A stretch of DNA of 64,000 nt from Octopus sinensis (GCF_006345805.1 NC_043004.1:21142001-21206000); one strand, 5' to 3'. Counted from the stretch's first letter, positions 38,335 to 52,100 are shown. The notes: generated by a model not told the origin, from the letters alone. Numbers and translations are program-made.

Positions 38335-38522
38335 CTGGCTTCCGTGCTGGTGGCACGTTAAAAGCACAGAGTGGTCGGCATTAGGAAGGGCATCCAGCTG
38401 TAGAAACACTGCCAGATCAGACTGGAGCCTGGTGCAGCCAGAAGGCTTTCCAGACCCTGGTTGAGCCATCTAACCCATTCTAGCATGGAAAACGGACGTT
38501 AAACGATGATGATGATGATGAT
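38335..38522 (+). mobile_element. RTE-type tail
   Basis: GGAAGGGCATCCAGCTGTAGAAACACTGCC...GGAAAACGGACGTTAAAC(GAT)n. Confidence 0.8.
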
Positions 38523-38744
38523 AAAAATATATATATATTCATGAAATAAGATATCTATATACTGGACCAAATTCACTTATGTTAATCATGATTAAGTTGT
38601 TAGTGACAATGTTATAATTTCATGCTATCATAAAAGTCTTCATTCCATGTTAGTGGTAGAACAAGTATTCTTTAAATGAATCAGATGCTCAATAGATTTT
38701 AGAGGATATAACTCGTGATTGTTACTATTAGAAGTAGCAAGAGT

Positions 38745-38950
38745 TAAGGCAGTGAGCTGGCAGAATTGCTAGCACACATGGCAAAATGCTTAGTGGCATT
38801 TTGTCTGTCTTTACATTCAAAGATTGACTTTGCTTTTCATTGTGTTTGGGTTGATAAAATAATTACCAGTTGAGCTCTGGGGTTGACGTTACTGACTTAC
38901 CTACTCCCACGAAATTTCCGGCCTTGTGCCTATAGTAGAAAGGATTATTA
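38745..38950 (+). mobile_element. tRNA-derived SINE
   Basis: TAAGGCAGTGAGCTGGCAGAA... family, as at 30497-30700. Confidence 0.7.
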
Positions 38951-39070
38951 GAAGCAGGGAATGTAATAACCCTTTCTTTTCTTTTTATACATAAGTAAAT
39001 TAAAAAGATATATGTTTATGAGTTAAAATATTTACATATTCAAAAATTATATGTTCATATTAAGGTGAAG

Positions 39071-40180
39071 CTAATATTTTTCTATAAGTGTAGTCTCTTT
39101 ATTTAACCATATCTGTATAGTTGTTCCAGTGTATTGGTATATAAGGAAAATTTTGAAGTTTGGTTGGAGATTCCTTGCACATCTTTCTATGAGTTCACTT
39201 AGTGGTATCTGTCTATATCTTGAGAAATGGATTTCTTCCCTATAGAGTATTGTTCTCCATTGGAGAGACATTTTTAGTTACCCTATATAGTTGTGACCAC
39301 ATCTTGAACAAGTTATGATGCAGATTAAGTTTTCAGATGCACAAGTGAACTCAGTTCTAATTCCAAATTTTTCACCTGGTTTAAAATTGAATTCCACAGT
39401 TAAGTCACCTGCATCTTTTAACTCTTGGTTCTGTTGTCATTGGGTGTAATTTTGCATCTGTCAGTAATTTTGGTTGATTTTTTTTACTTTTGATTAATTC
39501 ATGTGTAAAGAGTATTTGAGAATGGGGTTTCAGTACAATATCCAGAAAGTTGCTTAAGCAATGAGTTTCCCATGATGGGCCAGCTATAATGGGTCATAAT
39601 TTTGAATCTCTTGGTGATTGGACATTAATGTATATGTCTGATAATTTTTTGCAGGCTTCGTTAATTATCTGGCTTTTGTGGATTTTGGTAAACCATAGAA
39701 AAGCCAAGGTTTACATTTAAAATTTGCATGTAGGTGAAGTAAGGATGAAGGATTTCTCACTATTTTCTATCATGAGTAGTTCTAGATTTTCGTAGGCTTC
39801 TGTGTTTATCAGTACTACAGCACTTCCTTTATCAGCTTCTTTGATTGTCTGTTCTTTATCATTTTGTAATTCAATTAGGTTTTTCCATTCGATAGTGCTG
39901 AGATTTTGAGTTAATTCTCTGTCTGTGTAAGATATTTCAAAAGAAATTCAGAATGTGGTCACAAAAGCCATCAAGTATTTTATTCCTACCTTTAGATGAA
40001 AGATAATTGCTTTTGTTTCTAACAAGTGAATCATCATTATTATAGTAAAGTAGTTCTTCTGTAAGTTGCAACTTTCTGCAAAAATTCCATAATACGGTCT
40101 TTGATTTCATTCTGATTAGATCTGTGAGAGGATGGGGTAAATATATATATGCTTTTAAACCTTTGATCTTGTTATCATTG
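39071..40180 (-). mobile_element. Penelope-like element (Neptune-like) with the RT core deleted
   Basis: N-terminal FCRKLQLTE..DDSLVRNKS..KGRNKILD; NLSTIEWKNL..IKEADKGSAVV; KIHKSQII..L*PIIAGP..LSNFLDIVLKP; joined directly to IKSKKNQPKLLT and the GIY-YIG domain FTCASENLICIITCSRCGHNYIG..LSELIERCA..KETTLIEKY*. Confidence 0.85.
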
Positions 40181-40771
40181 CTATTAATGTAAGTAGAAAA
40201 TTCTAGTCAAATAATGGCTCTTGACAGTCTTTAATGAATTCTATGAAGAACATAAGAGACAAACTGAAGGTGCTTAGATTGAAACATCATAATATTCTTA
40301 AAAACACAGTTCAAAAGGTTACAAGCTAACTCTGTTGTCATTATATGACAAACTTCAATATTACTCATTAAAGGTGTGAGTGCATCATTCTTATGGATTA
40401 AAAGATGTTGATCTATTCTCAAAGACTGCTAATGAATTAGTAGTACACAGGGAAGGTGTAATAAATGCATAGATTATTGGTAACGTATGTACACATTAGA
40501 TATAATCTGAGTTCATAAATGTTTTTCTTTTTGGCAAGAGACAAATGTTTTCAGTTATTATGAAGTTCACACTAAAGAGTCAGTTAGATAAGTTAGCTGA
40601 AAATCACATAGAGCTTATATAATACTAAAACAAGTATTTGTTGTATGCAAAACTACTTCAAATACTATTATGTTAAATAATATATAATAATTAGATTTGA
40701 TAACGTAATTACTAAGCAGCAATTCAGCATTGAGACATTTTATCACATTAATTTATCTCTTTTGTCCTCCG

Positions 40772-40965
40772 CTTATTTCAGTCATCGAATGGTAGCCTTG
40801 CTGAGATAATGCTTTGAACAGTTTAGTGGAACAAATCAATTCTTGTACTTATTTCTTTCTAAAGTTTGATGTTTATTCTAGTGGTCTCTTTTGCCAAACT
40901 GCTAAGTTATAGGGATGTAAACAAACCAATAATGGTTGTCAAGTGGTGATGAGGACAGACAAAAA
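40772..40965 (-). mobile_element. tRNA-derived SINE tail, degraded
   Basis: TTTCAGTCAT...TTTTGCCAAACTGCTAAGTTATAGGGATGTAAAC...GGTTGTCAAG. Confidence 0.6.
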
Positions 40966-41429
40966 TATATATATACATATATTTTTGCAAATCCAGTCCC
41001 TAAGATACACTTTCAGCTTCATACCTATTATTATTAAAGTAACAGGATACATACCAACCCATCTGGAGCAAAGTATGGCTGAATTTGAGATTTTGGGGAG
41101 AGAATGTAAATCCTTAGTTCATATGTTACAAATGATCTTGATATCTAGGATTATAAAAATCTGCAAAACTTCCTTAAGATTTAAAGTATGATAGTTAAAA
41201 GAAGATACTTTCCTTTACGATCTTACTACCAAGCAAGCAAAAAATAAATATGTACATACAAATACTTACAGCTTCCATCTACCAAATTTTCTTACAAGGC
41301 ATTGATAGACCAGGTCTTATGTTGAAGACATTTTCCAAAAGTTCTGCACAAAGGAACTGAATCCAGAATAGAAATGAACTGATAGAAGAGATAGTGTTTG
41401 CTGAGAAGATTAAAAGATACGTTAAGAAA

Positions 41430-42971
41430 CTGTAAATTTTTGAAGACATCGAAGACTAGCTAAGAAGTATAAGCAATATTCCAAAGGGAACATAATTTAG
41501 TGTGTAACTGATGGTACTGCTTCTATGATTCATTATTATAAAGGATGTACAACCTTACTTAAAAATAGATTATACAGACTTTGATTCCTATTCATTGCAT
41601 GATTCCCAGGGAACACCTAGTTGCAAAAATCTTGGAAGACATCTTAGTCTTTCACTTTCAGTTGTCATAAATATAGTAAACGTCATCAATTCCCATGCTT
41701 GACAGCTGAATGAAACAAATGATAAAAACTGAATTTTGTTGCAGCATACTGAGGAGTGGGTACTTTCTCAGAGAAACTATCTTCAACATTTTGAGACATT
41801 CAGATCCACCATAGATTTTTATGTCTGATAAAGTGAATGAAGAACTTGTTGATGCTAAGATAGATTATAATTTTTCTGACAAATATCGTAAAAGAAAAAA
41901 TCTCTATCTTTTAACTACTACATTACAGGCTAAAAAGAGTAGCCTTGAAGAAAGTCTGGAAGCAATAGTTTATTTGAAATTTTTCACAATTTCCAAATCT
42001 GAAAATAACTGCTGGTGCATTGAAAGGCAATGGCTTTATTGTTTACATGAATAATCTTAAATGGATGCATAAAGATATACAAGAAACATTTAATGGCTCT
42101 TTAGAGTTTAATATCTCAGTTGGGTTCAATATTCATTTAAAATAAAACTTACCCAAGTTTTGACAGAGATTCAAGAGGATTTCATTGGTCAAGGCTGATA
42201 TAATTGCACACCATCAATTCAATGAGTTTTTGAATCAAAAGTGATCTGCTAAATGAACTTGTGACACTGTGGAAAAATGCTCAAATATATTTCATTATAT
42301 TTCCTTCATTGAAATTTTTCACAATTTCCAAATCTGAAAATAACTGCTGGTGCATTGAAAGGCAATGGCTTTATTGTTTACATGAATAATCTTAAATGGA
42401 TGCATAAAGATATACAAGAAACATTTAATGGCTCTTTAGAGTTTAATATCTCAGTTGGGTTCAATATTCATTTAAAATAAAACTTACCCAAGTTTTGACA
42501 GAGATTCAAGAGGATTTCATTGGTCAAGGCTGATATAATTGCACACCATCAATTCAATGAGTTTTTGAATCAAAAGTGATCTGCTAAATGAACTTGTGAC
42601 ACTGTGGAAAAATGCTCAAATATATTTCATTATATTTCTTTCATTGAATTTGGTTGAGTATGAAATTTTCTTAAAACAAAATCGTTATGTTCAAGAGTCA
42701 TTATCTAACCTGTTTCCCACCATCATAGAGTTAGTTAACAAACACCAGCCTCAAGGATTGCAATAGTCATAATAAATATTAAATTTTAAATTTCATGCAG
42801 TTCTTGTTCAGTTATGTCTATTATATCAGAAAGTTTATTTATTTGTGTTACATGATAAATTATTTTGTATCCTTTTGTGATGTTTCCTCATTTGAGAAAA
42901 GTGTCAGGTCTTGGATTCTGAAGCAGTGCTTCAAGAAGGGCCCTGGATAAAAATAGGTTGAGAAAGGCTTG
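41430..42971 (+). mobile_element. hAT (Buster/Charlie-type) transposon 3' part, degraded
   Basis: CVTDGTASM (41501), IHCMIPREHLVAK (41590-41628), LLQHTEEW, C-terminal IFPSLNLVE..LSNLFPTIIELVNKHQPQGLQ* (stop 42764-42766), and TIR-like AGGTTGAGAAAGGCT(T)G at 42955-42971. Confidence 0.8.
41974..42643. repeat. 335-bp tandem duplication inside the hAT remnant
   Basis: Units 41974-42308 and 42309-42643 with one mismatch noticed; TTGAA at both junctions. Confidence 0.95.
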
Positions 42972-43284
42972 TTTGATAAATGTTTAAGTATAGTTTGATA
43001 CAGTTTTGTTCAAGTTTATTATTTATTATGTTTAGTACTAATTAAATATAGTTTAATATATATTTTTAATACAGTTTTACACAAGTTTATGGATAGTTCA
43101 ATACATGTTTAGGTATAGTTTGATCATCATCATCATCGTTTAACGTCCACTTTCCATGCTAGCATGGGTTATGTAATTTAACACATACTTAAATAAAGTT
43201 TGATATTAAATTCTTACCTATAAGTGTATTTTGGCATATTTTGATGCAAATTTGTTATAATCTGATATAACTTCCTATTTTTTA

Positions 43285-43556
43285 GCCAGCCTCGTCTGGC
43301 ACCTGTGTCGGTGGCACATAAAAAACACCATCCGAGCGTGGCCGTCTGCCAGCCTCGTCTGGCACCTGTGTCGGTGGCACATAAAATCACCCACTACACT
43401 CTCGGAGTGGTTGGCGTTAGGAAGGGCATCCAGCTGTAGAAACACTGCCAGATCTGACTGGCCTGGTGCAGCCTTCGGGCTTGCCAGACCCCAGTTGAAC
43501 CGTCCAACCCATGCTAGCATGGAAAGCGGACGTTAAACGATGATGATGATGATGAT
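43285..43556 (+). mobile_element. RTE-type tail with the 62-63-bp minisatellite
   Basis: Nearly identical to about 19205-19486. Confidence 0.8.
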
Positions 43557-44806
43557 GTATCAAAATACCCTCATAAAAAATAACAATGGCTTGTAGAAAT
43601 CTCTTTCACTAAGGCATAAAACTATAAGTTACAAGGAAACACATGTTTTAACTTTATAAAAAGTTGTAATGTTGTAGTGTCTATAAAGTTTATATTGTAT
43701 GACTTATAGAAGAGTAGCATGTATGATATTTATATAAACTTCATGACATAGATTGTTAAAATAGGGAGTATTACAGCAAGTTATCATGATGAGGCACCTA
43801 GCCTGAATGCTTGTAATAGATTAGTACCCACTAAAGGCACACAAAGATCAGATGGATGGTTTTGAGCTGAATGACAGGGAGATGAGCCCAGGATAAGATT
43901 TTAACTCCTGTTAGAAACTGTTACTCATAATTTCTTGAAACCTTTATCAAGTAATGAACAACACAACTTCACAGTTGCTGATCTTCTTTTAAAAACCCAA
44001 ACGCTCAGGTTCATGTAAGGAATACTTCCTTTTGTTTGCTGTTAATGCTTATGTTGCAATAATGCAGTCTTAACAAATTTTTTAAAGAATTTTCTTCACA
44101 AAAGAAAAATAAATTTTTCAAAAAATAAAATAAGGAAAATAGATTTTTTCAAAAAAGCACATCAAAAATAATAACTGGAAAATGAACACTAATTAACTTC
44201 AAATCATTAACCCATAATTAATTAATCAATATTAATTAAATATTTACTGTAAAATATTAATTAATTTATTATTAACAATACAAAAACAGTTGATTTATGC
44301 TTGTAACAGAGCATCTCATGTAGAACACAATGAAATGATATTAAGGCAAATAGAAGAACAAAAGACTATCGTTAAAGTCCCATCAAGATTTCAAAACTTA
44401 GACGCCAGCTGTGGCAGCACTGAAAAATAAAGGATTGTACTAGTTTTAAAGAAAACTATCAATGATTATAATTAATTGTTCAATATTTAAGAAAGAAGAA
44501 CATTGAAATTACCATTGCCTTGTCTTCTCAATGACAGAAGTCTTAGTTAATTTAGGCAGTTATTATAGATCACTGACAGAAGCTTCAGTGAAACTAATGC
44601 TTTAATCCAGATTCAGTTACGTGTTCTATTATTTGATATTAATAATTCCTCATATCTCTGACTTCTGGTTTTGTTTTAGACTGAAGAAGGATGTCCACTA
44701 CTAGAAGGTCACATTCAGAACATACATAGATAATGTATTTGATAAAAACGTCTTTGGTATAGGACTTCAAGTGATTGAAAATTAGTCAGCTTTGATAATT
44801 CTTCTT

Positions 44807-44876
<70 letters not shown>

Positions 44877-44894
44877 TATTATTATTATTATTGG

Positions 44895-47093
44895 TTTCAA
44901 AGCAGAAGGACATGTCTTCGGAAGTTGTGAGTTTTTGCCCAATTTTGATAGAAAATTTTGTAGTATCTCGCCGAATTTTTCACTATTTCTTTAGCCAAGC
45001 CGACTGGGCCCCTTTTAGGGCGAATTTTTCATTTTTAATTTTCAGTTTCCATATTTCACTTCAAAATTTTACAAAAATGTCTATGAGAGGAGTGTATGCT
45101 CTTCTCTTCTTTATGCGTCACACCCTCTGCAGTCAAACGACTGCAAAAAAGTAATTTCAAAAGTTAACTGTCTCTACCCACTCTACACCTTAAAAGGCAT
45201 AGAAGAGAATGAGAAGCAGTATTCCGGCATGTGCAGTGCTAGAGAGGGAAGTGAAGGCTTTTCCTTGAACCGCCTTTCAAATGAGCTTTTCCCTGCTCTC
45301 ACCACCTCCACCATCACCAACATAGGCAGCTACGACAACAACAACAAGGTTTCACATCCTTGGCGGAAAAAAACAGCCAAAGAAATCAATGTAACAATTG
45401 GTGACATACGAAATTCAAAGGAGTTGTTAAGGAAGGAAGGAAACAATGTCTTCCTTAACACCGCACAAGAATTAATCAATGCAACCAACAGAAAAACAAT
45501 CACATACAAAATATTTAATACAAAACTGTAAAAGATAGAATTGGCAACTCAACAGCTGTTGGAGATTGCTTTAAGACCAATATGGTCAAAGAAAAACATA
45601 TATGACCAAAGGAAAGTGATTTGGCACTGTGGAAGTTCACTTTCCAGCCAAGCAGGAGGCAAGGCAGCATTCCACAGTGCCCCTAAACACCGAAGAATTG
45701 CTACTTGTGCCGACATACCTTGGTCGGCGCATCACAAAAATAAAATAGACAAAGTGCCACCTGAACTAAATGTATGCTGGCTAGGACACTGCCACAATAC
45801 TAGAAGTGCATAAATTGCACCACCAAAACTGTTCGGGTATGGGCATGCAGCTACTCATTCAATTGAACGAGAAAGCATAAATGCCATACCCAACTCTGTA
45901 AATTTGCCAGATAGCACAAGACTCCACGTTGCTGTGGAGGTAAGATGACCCAAGTGTTACTTCTGTGGGAGCAATAAGCACTTGAAGGTCAATTGCTCCA
46001 AATACAGGGAGTGGAAGGAGGCAGAACAAAGAACACTAGTGTCAGTGGCAACTCCAGTGCAGCAGCAACAACAACAACAACAGATGCAGTGGAGGCAGAA
46101 ACCAAAAGCCCCACACCACTATTATTAGCAACAGCAACACCAACACCACCTCCATCCATCATTAGACCAACACCAACATCACAGAAACCAGCCAGAATAC
46201 AACTCCCACCACAACCACCACCGCCACTAACACCAACACCAATACCACTACCACCAGCAATAACACCACCACCAGAAATAGCAGGTGAAGTCCCACTACA
46301 AAAAACGAAAGCAAACCCCAAAGACATCCCCTTTCCCGACCAAATCAGCTTGGACAGTGCAAATACTGATACTGAGAAGGGGGAGTGGCACACAGTTCCC
46401 TTGGAAAAGAAAACAAAGAAAAGAACAAAAGAGACAATTGAAAAGGTGGAGAGGTGCAAAGAAGCGGAGTTTCCTAACGATGCACACACAACATTCAACA
46501 ACAACAACAACAACAACAACACCTCCAGCACTACCATCTCAAACACCAACACAAATTAAAACACATACAGACACTACCACCATCTCAAACATCACAGCAA
46601 TAAACAAAAAGAATGAAGAACTAGTGACATATCTAAAAGAAAGCACATACACCACAATGGCAGATTTTGTCATCCCCACACACAACACACTACCAACACA
46701 CATACTGATTTTCAAAATCACACAACAGAACAAGAACATCATCAAAACAAAATTCACAACTGATGTTGGGTCACTTGAGAAAAGTTTCACAAAAAAATTA
46801 TATAAAAGTCTCGTGGAAATACCCACATGGAAACACAAGGGGGCCATCCCACCAGACGACAGTTGTAGGTAGAGTTTTTTTCCTTTGTAAATCGTTTCGA
46901 CATGGCTGTGCTCAGAATAGATTGCATAAATGTCAGGGGTCTAGGGTCGCCATGGAAACAAGGTCACCTCTTAAATGACCTGAGGTCTTACAGTGTGGAT
47001 GTAGCGGCCATTAGCGAAACCAGGCTCTCTGACTCGTGGGAATTCACAGCCTTTTTCGGCAAATACAAGATTTTCTATTTCCGTGTTGGCTAA
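44895..47093 (+). mobile_element. Tx1/L1-like LINE 5' part: ORF1 with zinc knuckle and start of ORF2 AP endonuclease
   Basis: CYFCGSNKHLKVNC (CX2CX4HX4C) at 45955-45996; Pro/Thr-rich linker; ORF 46902-47093 MAVLRIDCINVRGLGS..DVAAISETRL (APE N-terminus). Stops and frameshifts are present, and the 5' boundary is uncertain. Confidence 0.75.
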
Positions 47094-47096
47094 CTC

Positions 47097-47252
47097 AGTT
47101 ACATTGACCACAGTGCTTGATTGGTCCTTATTTCATTGATCCCAAAAGGATGAAAGGTAAAGTCAACCGTGGCGGAATTTGAACTCAGAACATGAAAACA
47201 GACAAAATGCCACAAAGCATTTGTCCAATGTGCAAATGATTTTGCTAGCTCA
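47097..47252 (-). mobile_element. tRNA-derived SINE at the truncation point of the Tx1/L1-like element
   Basis: GGATGAAAGGTAAAGTCAACC..GGAATTTGAACTCAGAAC. Confidence 0.7.
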
Positions 47253-47674
47253 ATAATATATTGTTTATTTTGTTGCACCAAAACATAAAATTCCACAATA
47301 CATCGCATTGTACTTTGCATGTACAATGGTGTTTTATAGTCACAAAAATGAGCTATAGTGTTGGTGCAGGCAACCTTTGAAGGAGTGCTCTATAAGTCTT
47401 ATATAATTTGTTGCATTGTGGGTGGAGATATTATCATAGCATACAAAGCTTTTCTTTTGTCATTTTCCTTTTAGTCAATTAAGTTTTATGTTCCATCCAT
47501 TGTATAACAGCTTCTTTTGTTCTCTGTTAATTTTTCCTTATTTTTGCATTTAGGATCTGAAGGCCATAAGACATTCAAAAGTATAGATTTGGGGTTGCTG
47601 GATACTACAAAAGCTATTATGTGCTAATTTAGATTAGTAGACATGTTATCCTGAAGTTTGGTGATATCAAGTCA

Positions 47675-48770
47675 CTTACAATCTCAACAATCTTTCTGAG
47701 AATTCTTACAAAAGACAAGATGGTATGTTTCTGCAAGTTGACAATGTATCTCAATCCCAGTATTCTTCAGTTTTTTTTAGGCAGGAGCTTTGGTGTTGGG
47801 AAAAAAGCACCAATCACCACAGGAACATTTTCAACTTCGTGTCCCACAATCTCTTCATTTCTCTGGTAATTTTTGATATTTCTTAGTTTTCTTAATTACC
47901 TTGATATTCATTCAATTATCATATGGTATTGCAAAATCTGTGACCTTAGACATGTTTTGTTGTCCTCTACGATCATATTTTATTTTCTTTGCTTCAATAG
48001 CATGGTTAGTCTCTACAATGAAATCCCATGAAAGTCTCTAATTATTCACCAACACAGCACATAGCTTATGTTCATATCAGTTTTCTATCACTTCAAATCC
48101 ACAAACTTGGCTAACATCCCAGTACACTTTCAATGATGCTGCTGAGATTTATACATTTTGTTCTAACTTACTACACTCACTTAAGGGAGGGTTAATACTT
48201 TCATCCCCATTCCAACAGAGCCTGGGTTTTATTAATGTTTGGCTTTATCAAATTCATTCTGATGGCTTGTTTCTGGGTGGCTTTAATAAGGAATTCAGTT
48301 TTTCATTCCTTTTCCTTTTCATTCTAGCTATTTGTCCTATCATTCTGCTTTTCTTTGTTCTTGAATATTTTCACTGTTTCAGTAACTTCTTCAATATTTC
48401 TGGTCACAGATAATATTCTATCTTCATTATGCACAACACAGTTTTTTAAACTCAATATCACAGCAATGATGATGTCTTCTGCATTTAATAAGTCTCTGCT
48501 GCCTTCATTTCTTGTTAAGCAGAGCCTGTCACAATTACTTTAAGGCTGGCTTTATGCATTGTGAGCTATTTTTTTATTTCTTCTGTTCATTTCTTGTAAC
48601 TCTGCCTTTGTCAGCTTTAAAATGGAAGTAGACTATCTCAACCCTTGCACAAACCATGTATTGACTATTTTGATGCCATTTAGCTCCAGTTGGTTTTGTC
48701 TTGAGTGCCTTCCTAATACCTCTCTTACATGTTTTGGAGACTTTCTGTTTTATTTTCCTTTCCGTCACCT
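47675..48770 (-). mobile_element. R4/Dong-like non-LTR retrotransposon 3' fragment (RLE), degraded
   Basis: LTRNEGSRDLLNAED, SECSKLEQ, KVYWDVSQVCGF, DFAIPYD (47918-47938), REMKRLWDTK, NVPVVIGA (47808-47831), RILRKIVE. Confidence 0.75.
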
Positions 48771-48967
48771 TATCATTGTGCAGCAGCCATAGGCACTTGT
48801 ATCTTTCATTGTCTCCCAGTGATCTCTTGATACCATCTTGATTTATCTTTATTCCACCATATTTAATCTTTTAAGATCTACAACATTAAGCTTACACACT
48901 TATTTACCCCAAACTGCATATCTGTGTGGTTTCTAGATATTATTTTTATTGTTGTTTTAAATATTCC

Positions 48968-49166
48968 CATCATCACCATCATCATAATCATCACCACCCC
49001 CACCCCCACCACCATCATCATCATCATCACCACCACCATCATCATCACCACCACCATCATCACCATCACCATCATCACCACCATCACCACCACCACCATC
49101 ATCATCACCACCACCATCATCACCACCATCACCACCACCACCACAACCACCACCATCATCATCATT
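48968..49166. repeat. (CAT/CAC)n compound microsatellite
   Basis: Mixed CAT/CAC triplets; these generate the spurious poly-His and poly-Met/Val ORFs. Confidence 0.95.
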
Positions 49167-52100
49167 ATTCAGAAATGTTAGAGTGCAGAAATAAATGCTT
49201 TCTGAGTTCAGATCCTGGGATGAGGGGCTAAGGTGAGAGAGAAGGGTTCATAACAGAACAAATTTTTTGCTGAAGGGGAGCTACAAAGTTACTCACATAA
49301 TAGAAGAGAGGGTAGGAGTGTTTGTGGTGAAACTGGAAGGAGAGAAAAATAATGGTGACAATGTCTTAGGGAAAACTGAAAGAGAGAGAGAGTGAGAGAG
49401 AGAGAGAGAGAGGAAGAGAGAGGGTAGAGAAAGGGATTGACAGAGAGTTTGTATGAAACTTAATTACCATATCAAAACATATATAGCACTCAATACAATT
49501 ATGCTGAGTATTGTATAGATAAATAATGTAATACAAACTATGGATTTTGTGTGGTGGTTTGAGTATTGAAAAATGCCAAAAAGGACATTTGTTTAAAGTC
49601 AACTGATGTATTTGGCAATGCAACGCAATGACCTCTAAATAACATCTTTTGGTTGATAGGGTGTACGTTGTAATGCATTTAGATTACATTATGATAATCA
49701 TTCTTTTCCAATCACTAATCACTTTACAGAATGCACTGGGAACATTTTGTAGTGCCATTGGTTATAGAGAATTTGTCTAACTACCAATAAAAGTCAAAAG
49801 GCCATGCTAAGCAATAATTTTCTTTCTTGGTTATTCAGCAGTGAAAGAAGTTTGTCTCAACCCTACTAAGTGAGGCTAAAGTGAATTTCCCACCTTCTCT
49901 GTATTACCTGTATGTTTCCTACACAACTTTTTGGGAAGAGAGCAAAAAGTGAGAGGTTAATAGAAAAGAGAGTGACGAAAAAGAATCAGAGAGTGTGATA
50001 GGAGTGTGAGAGTAACAGAGAAGCAGAGTAATGGAAACAACAGAGGGAGGGAGGATGAAGAGAGAGAGAGAAACAGACAGACAGACAGAAAGCAAGAGAT
50101 GGAAGTTAGATTGAAACATAGAATCTACATGATGGTTGCTAGTAAGGAGATTAAATAGAAACATTTGTGTGTGTGTGTATGTGTGTGTGTATGTGTGTGT
50201 GTGTATACATATATACATAGATACTCACACACAGAGAAAATGTGTGTGCACAGTACGTGTATATATAAGTGCGTATATACATATGTATATTGAACTCCAA
50301 CATAAAAACATAGACATAAACATTTATTTCGTATATCAAAACCATACAAAAATGTGATAGAATCTTGTCAAAATAATGACACTTGCAGAGAATAGTGAAT
50401 AATCTAGGTTTACAATATGACATTGAATGTTACTGTGAAAACAATGACACTTGAACAACATTGATAGCAGAATGTGGACACATGAGAGGGAGACTTTACA
50501 TATTTCCTTCTACATAGACATCTATTGTGTGTCATGTTTAGAAAAGTTGATGAAATATATAATTACTATAATAGAATATTAAATGTGTGTGTGAGTGTGT
50601 GTACACATTCGTACATACATACTTATTCAAATACACATTATATACAAAAATAGAATAACACTTTACAGTTCCTGTTTTATTTCAATGCTATATTCAAATA
50701 AGTTTTACAGAATTAAATCAGCAGAGTGCTATAAATCGAGGTATGTTAGACTAAGTCATTAATACTTTAGAAATTCTACATTCTGAATTGAAAAACCGAC
50801 CAAAGCCGATATCATATTTCTTCAAGAGAATATAGAGATGGAATCTAAATGTGAATAGTATGGAAAGTGAAGAATTCTGATGATCTTTGTCCCAAAAGCT
50901 AGACATCTTCATACATGCCATAAGGTAACCAAATACGCAGAACAAACTGTCTTGGATGTTATCATAGTTGCTACCATAAAACTTAATAGTCTTCTCAGAT
51001 ATTGGATTTCTCAAGTCTGGGATTGATACTACCCTTGACTAAACTGACTTATATCACTTATCAATCTTTACTAACTTTAGAAATCAACATTATTTGATAA
51101 GCAACCAAGTCAAATAGATTTCAGAAAGAAAGTACAACAAAAGTAACAAAAACAACAAACTAGGCTACATGGTAGTTAATTTTATATTGTAAATACAAAA
51201 AATAAGTTTGATATTTTGGGCTGAAGCCCTTTTTCAAGAGACAGAAACAAAAGAAAAATGGGAGAAGAAAACAAAAAGAAGTTCTATAATGCTCCTTACT
51301 ATAGATGAGCCATTTCTTAAAAATAACAAATAGAACAAGTCTACATTATCTTCCTTGACTCAAGCTTCTTCACTGTTGCAAATCACCCTTCTATTCTCTT
51401 ACTTCCATTGACCATTTTCCAGCATGGTTCCTCCACTGTATCTATCATTACCTAGCCTTTCTGTTTGTACTTCTCTTTTTTGTCTCATCTCTGAATTGTT
51501 GAAATCCTCTGTTTCTTCTTTATAACAAATTTAATTACCATGTAGTTTGTATGTCCTTTATTTCTGTTCTGCAAATCTTTTATCTGATATATAACTACTT
51601 GGCACAGAATCAAACTCAGAATTACATTGAACTAGAGTTAAGCTACTAAACCATTAAGGACTAATGATGATATAACAGTTTCAGATAGGGGTCAAAATAC
51701 TTACCCTACTAGCATCCATTGTAGCTGGTCAGAATGACATTCAAATCAATTAGTGCATACATCTTTTTCCTAGGGGCTGACAACTCAGAACCACATGAGG
51801 ACTTTTTGTTGTCTTTTAGTTAGTAGGAAGAACTGTACCCATGACATTTTAAAAGGCTTCTGAGATTCGTGGGAGGAAGACAATAAAATATCTTCAAATC
51901 AGGATTGGGACCTAAATATTGGTAACAGAATGTACTCTGCTAAATGCACCTAAAGTTTAGATGCTAGTTGAAACAGGCCAACAAGTTAAGTCTGCCACCC
52001 ATGTTGGCTGCAGCAGAATTTTAAGTTAGAATATAGAGAACAGGAATGTAAACATCACCAGTGTTGTAACAACTAAACTATACAACTTTCTACATTGTAC

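Noticed and set aside
44655-44757. Strong splice acceptor with exon TEEGCPLLEGHIQNIHR*
   Set aside because: No convincing donor or partner exons, and stops occur in all frames within about 80 nt.
45989-46552. 187-aa minus-strand hydrophobic/Gly-rich ORF
   Set aside because: Antisense of the Pro/Thr-rich ORF1 linker of the Tx1/L1-like element.
48878-49231. Poly-His and poly-Met/Val ORFs
   Set aside because: Translations of a (CAT/CAC)n microsatellite.
51214-51240. Hammerhead-like motif on the minus strand (GGGC-TTCA-GCCC hairpin)
   Set aside because: Core words are too decayed (TTGAAAAA / AAAAT) to call.
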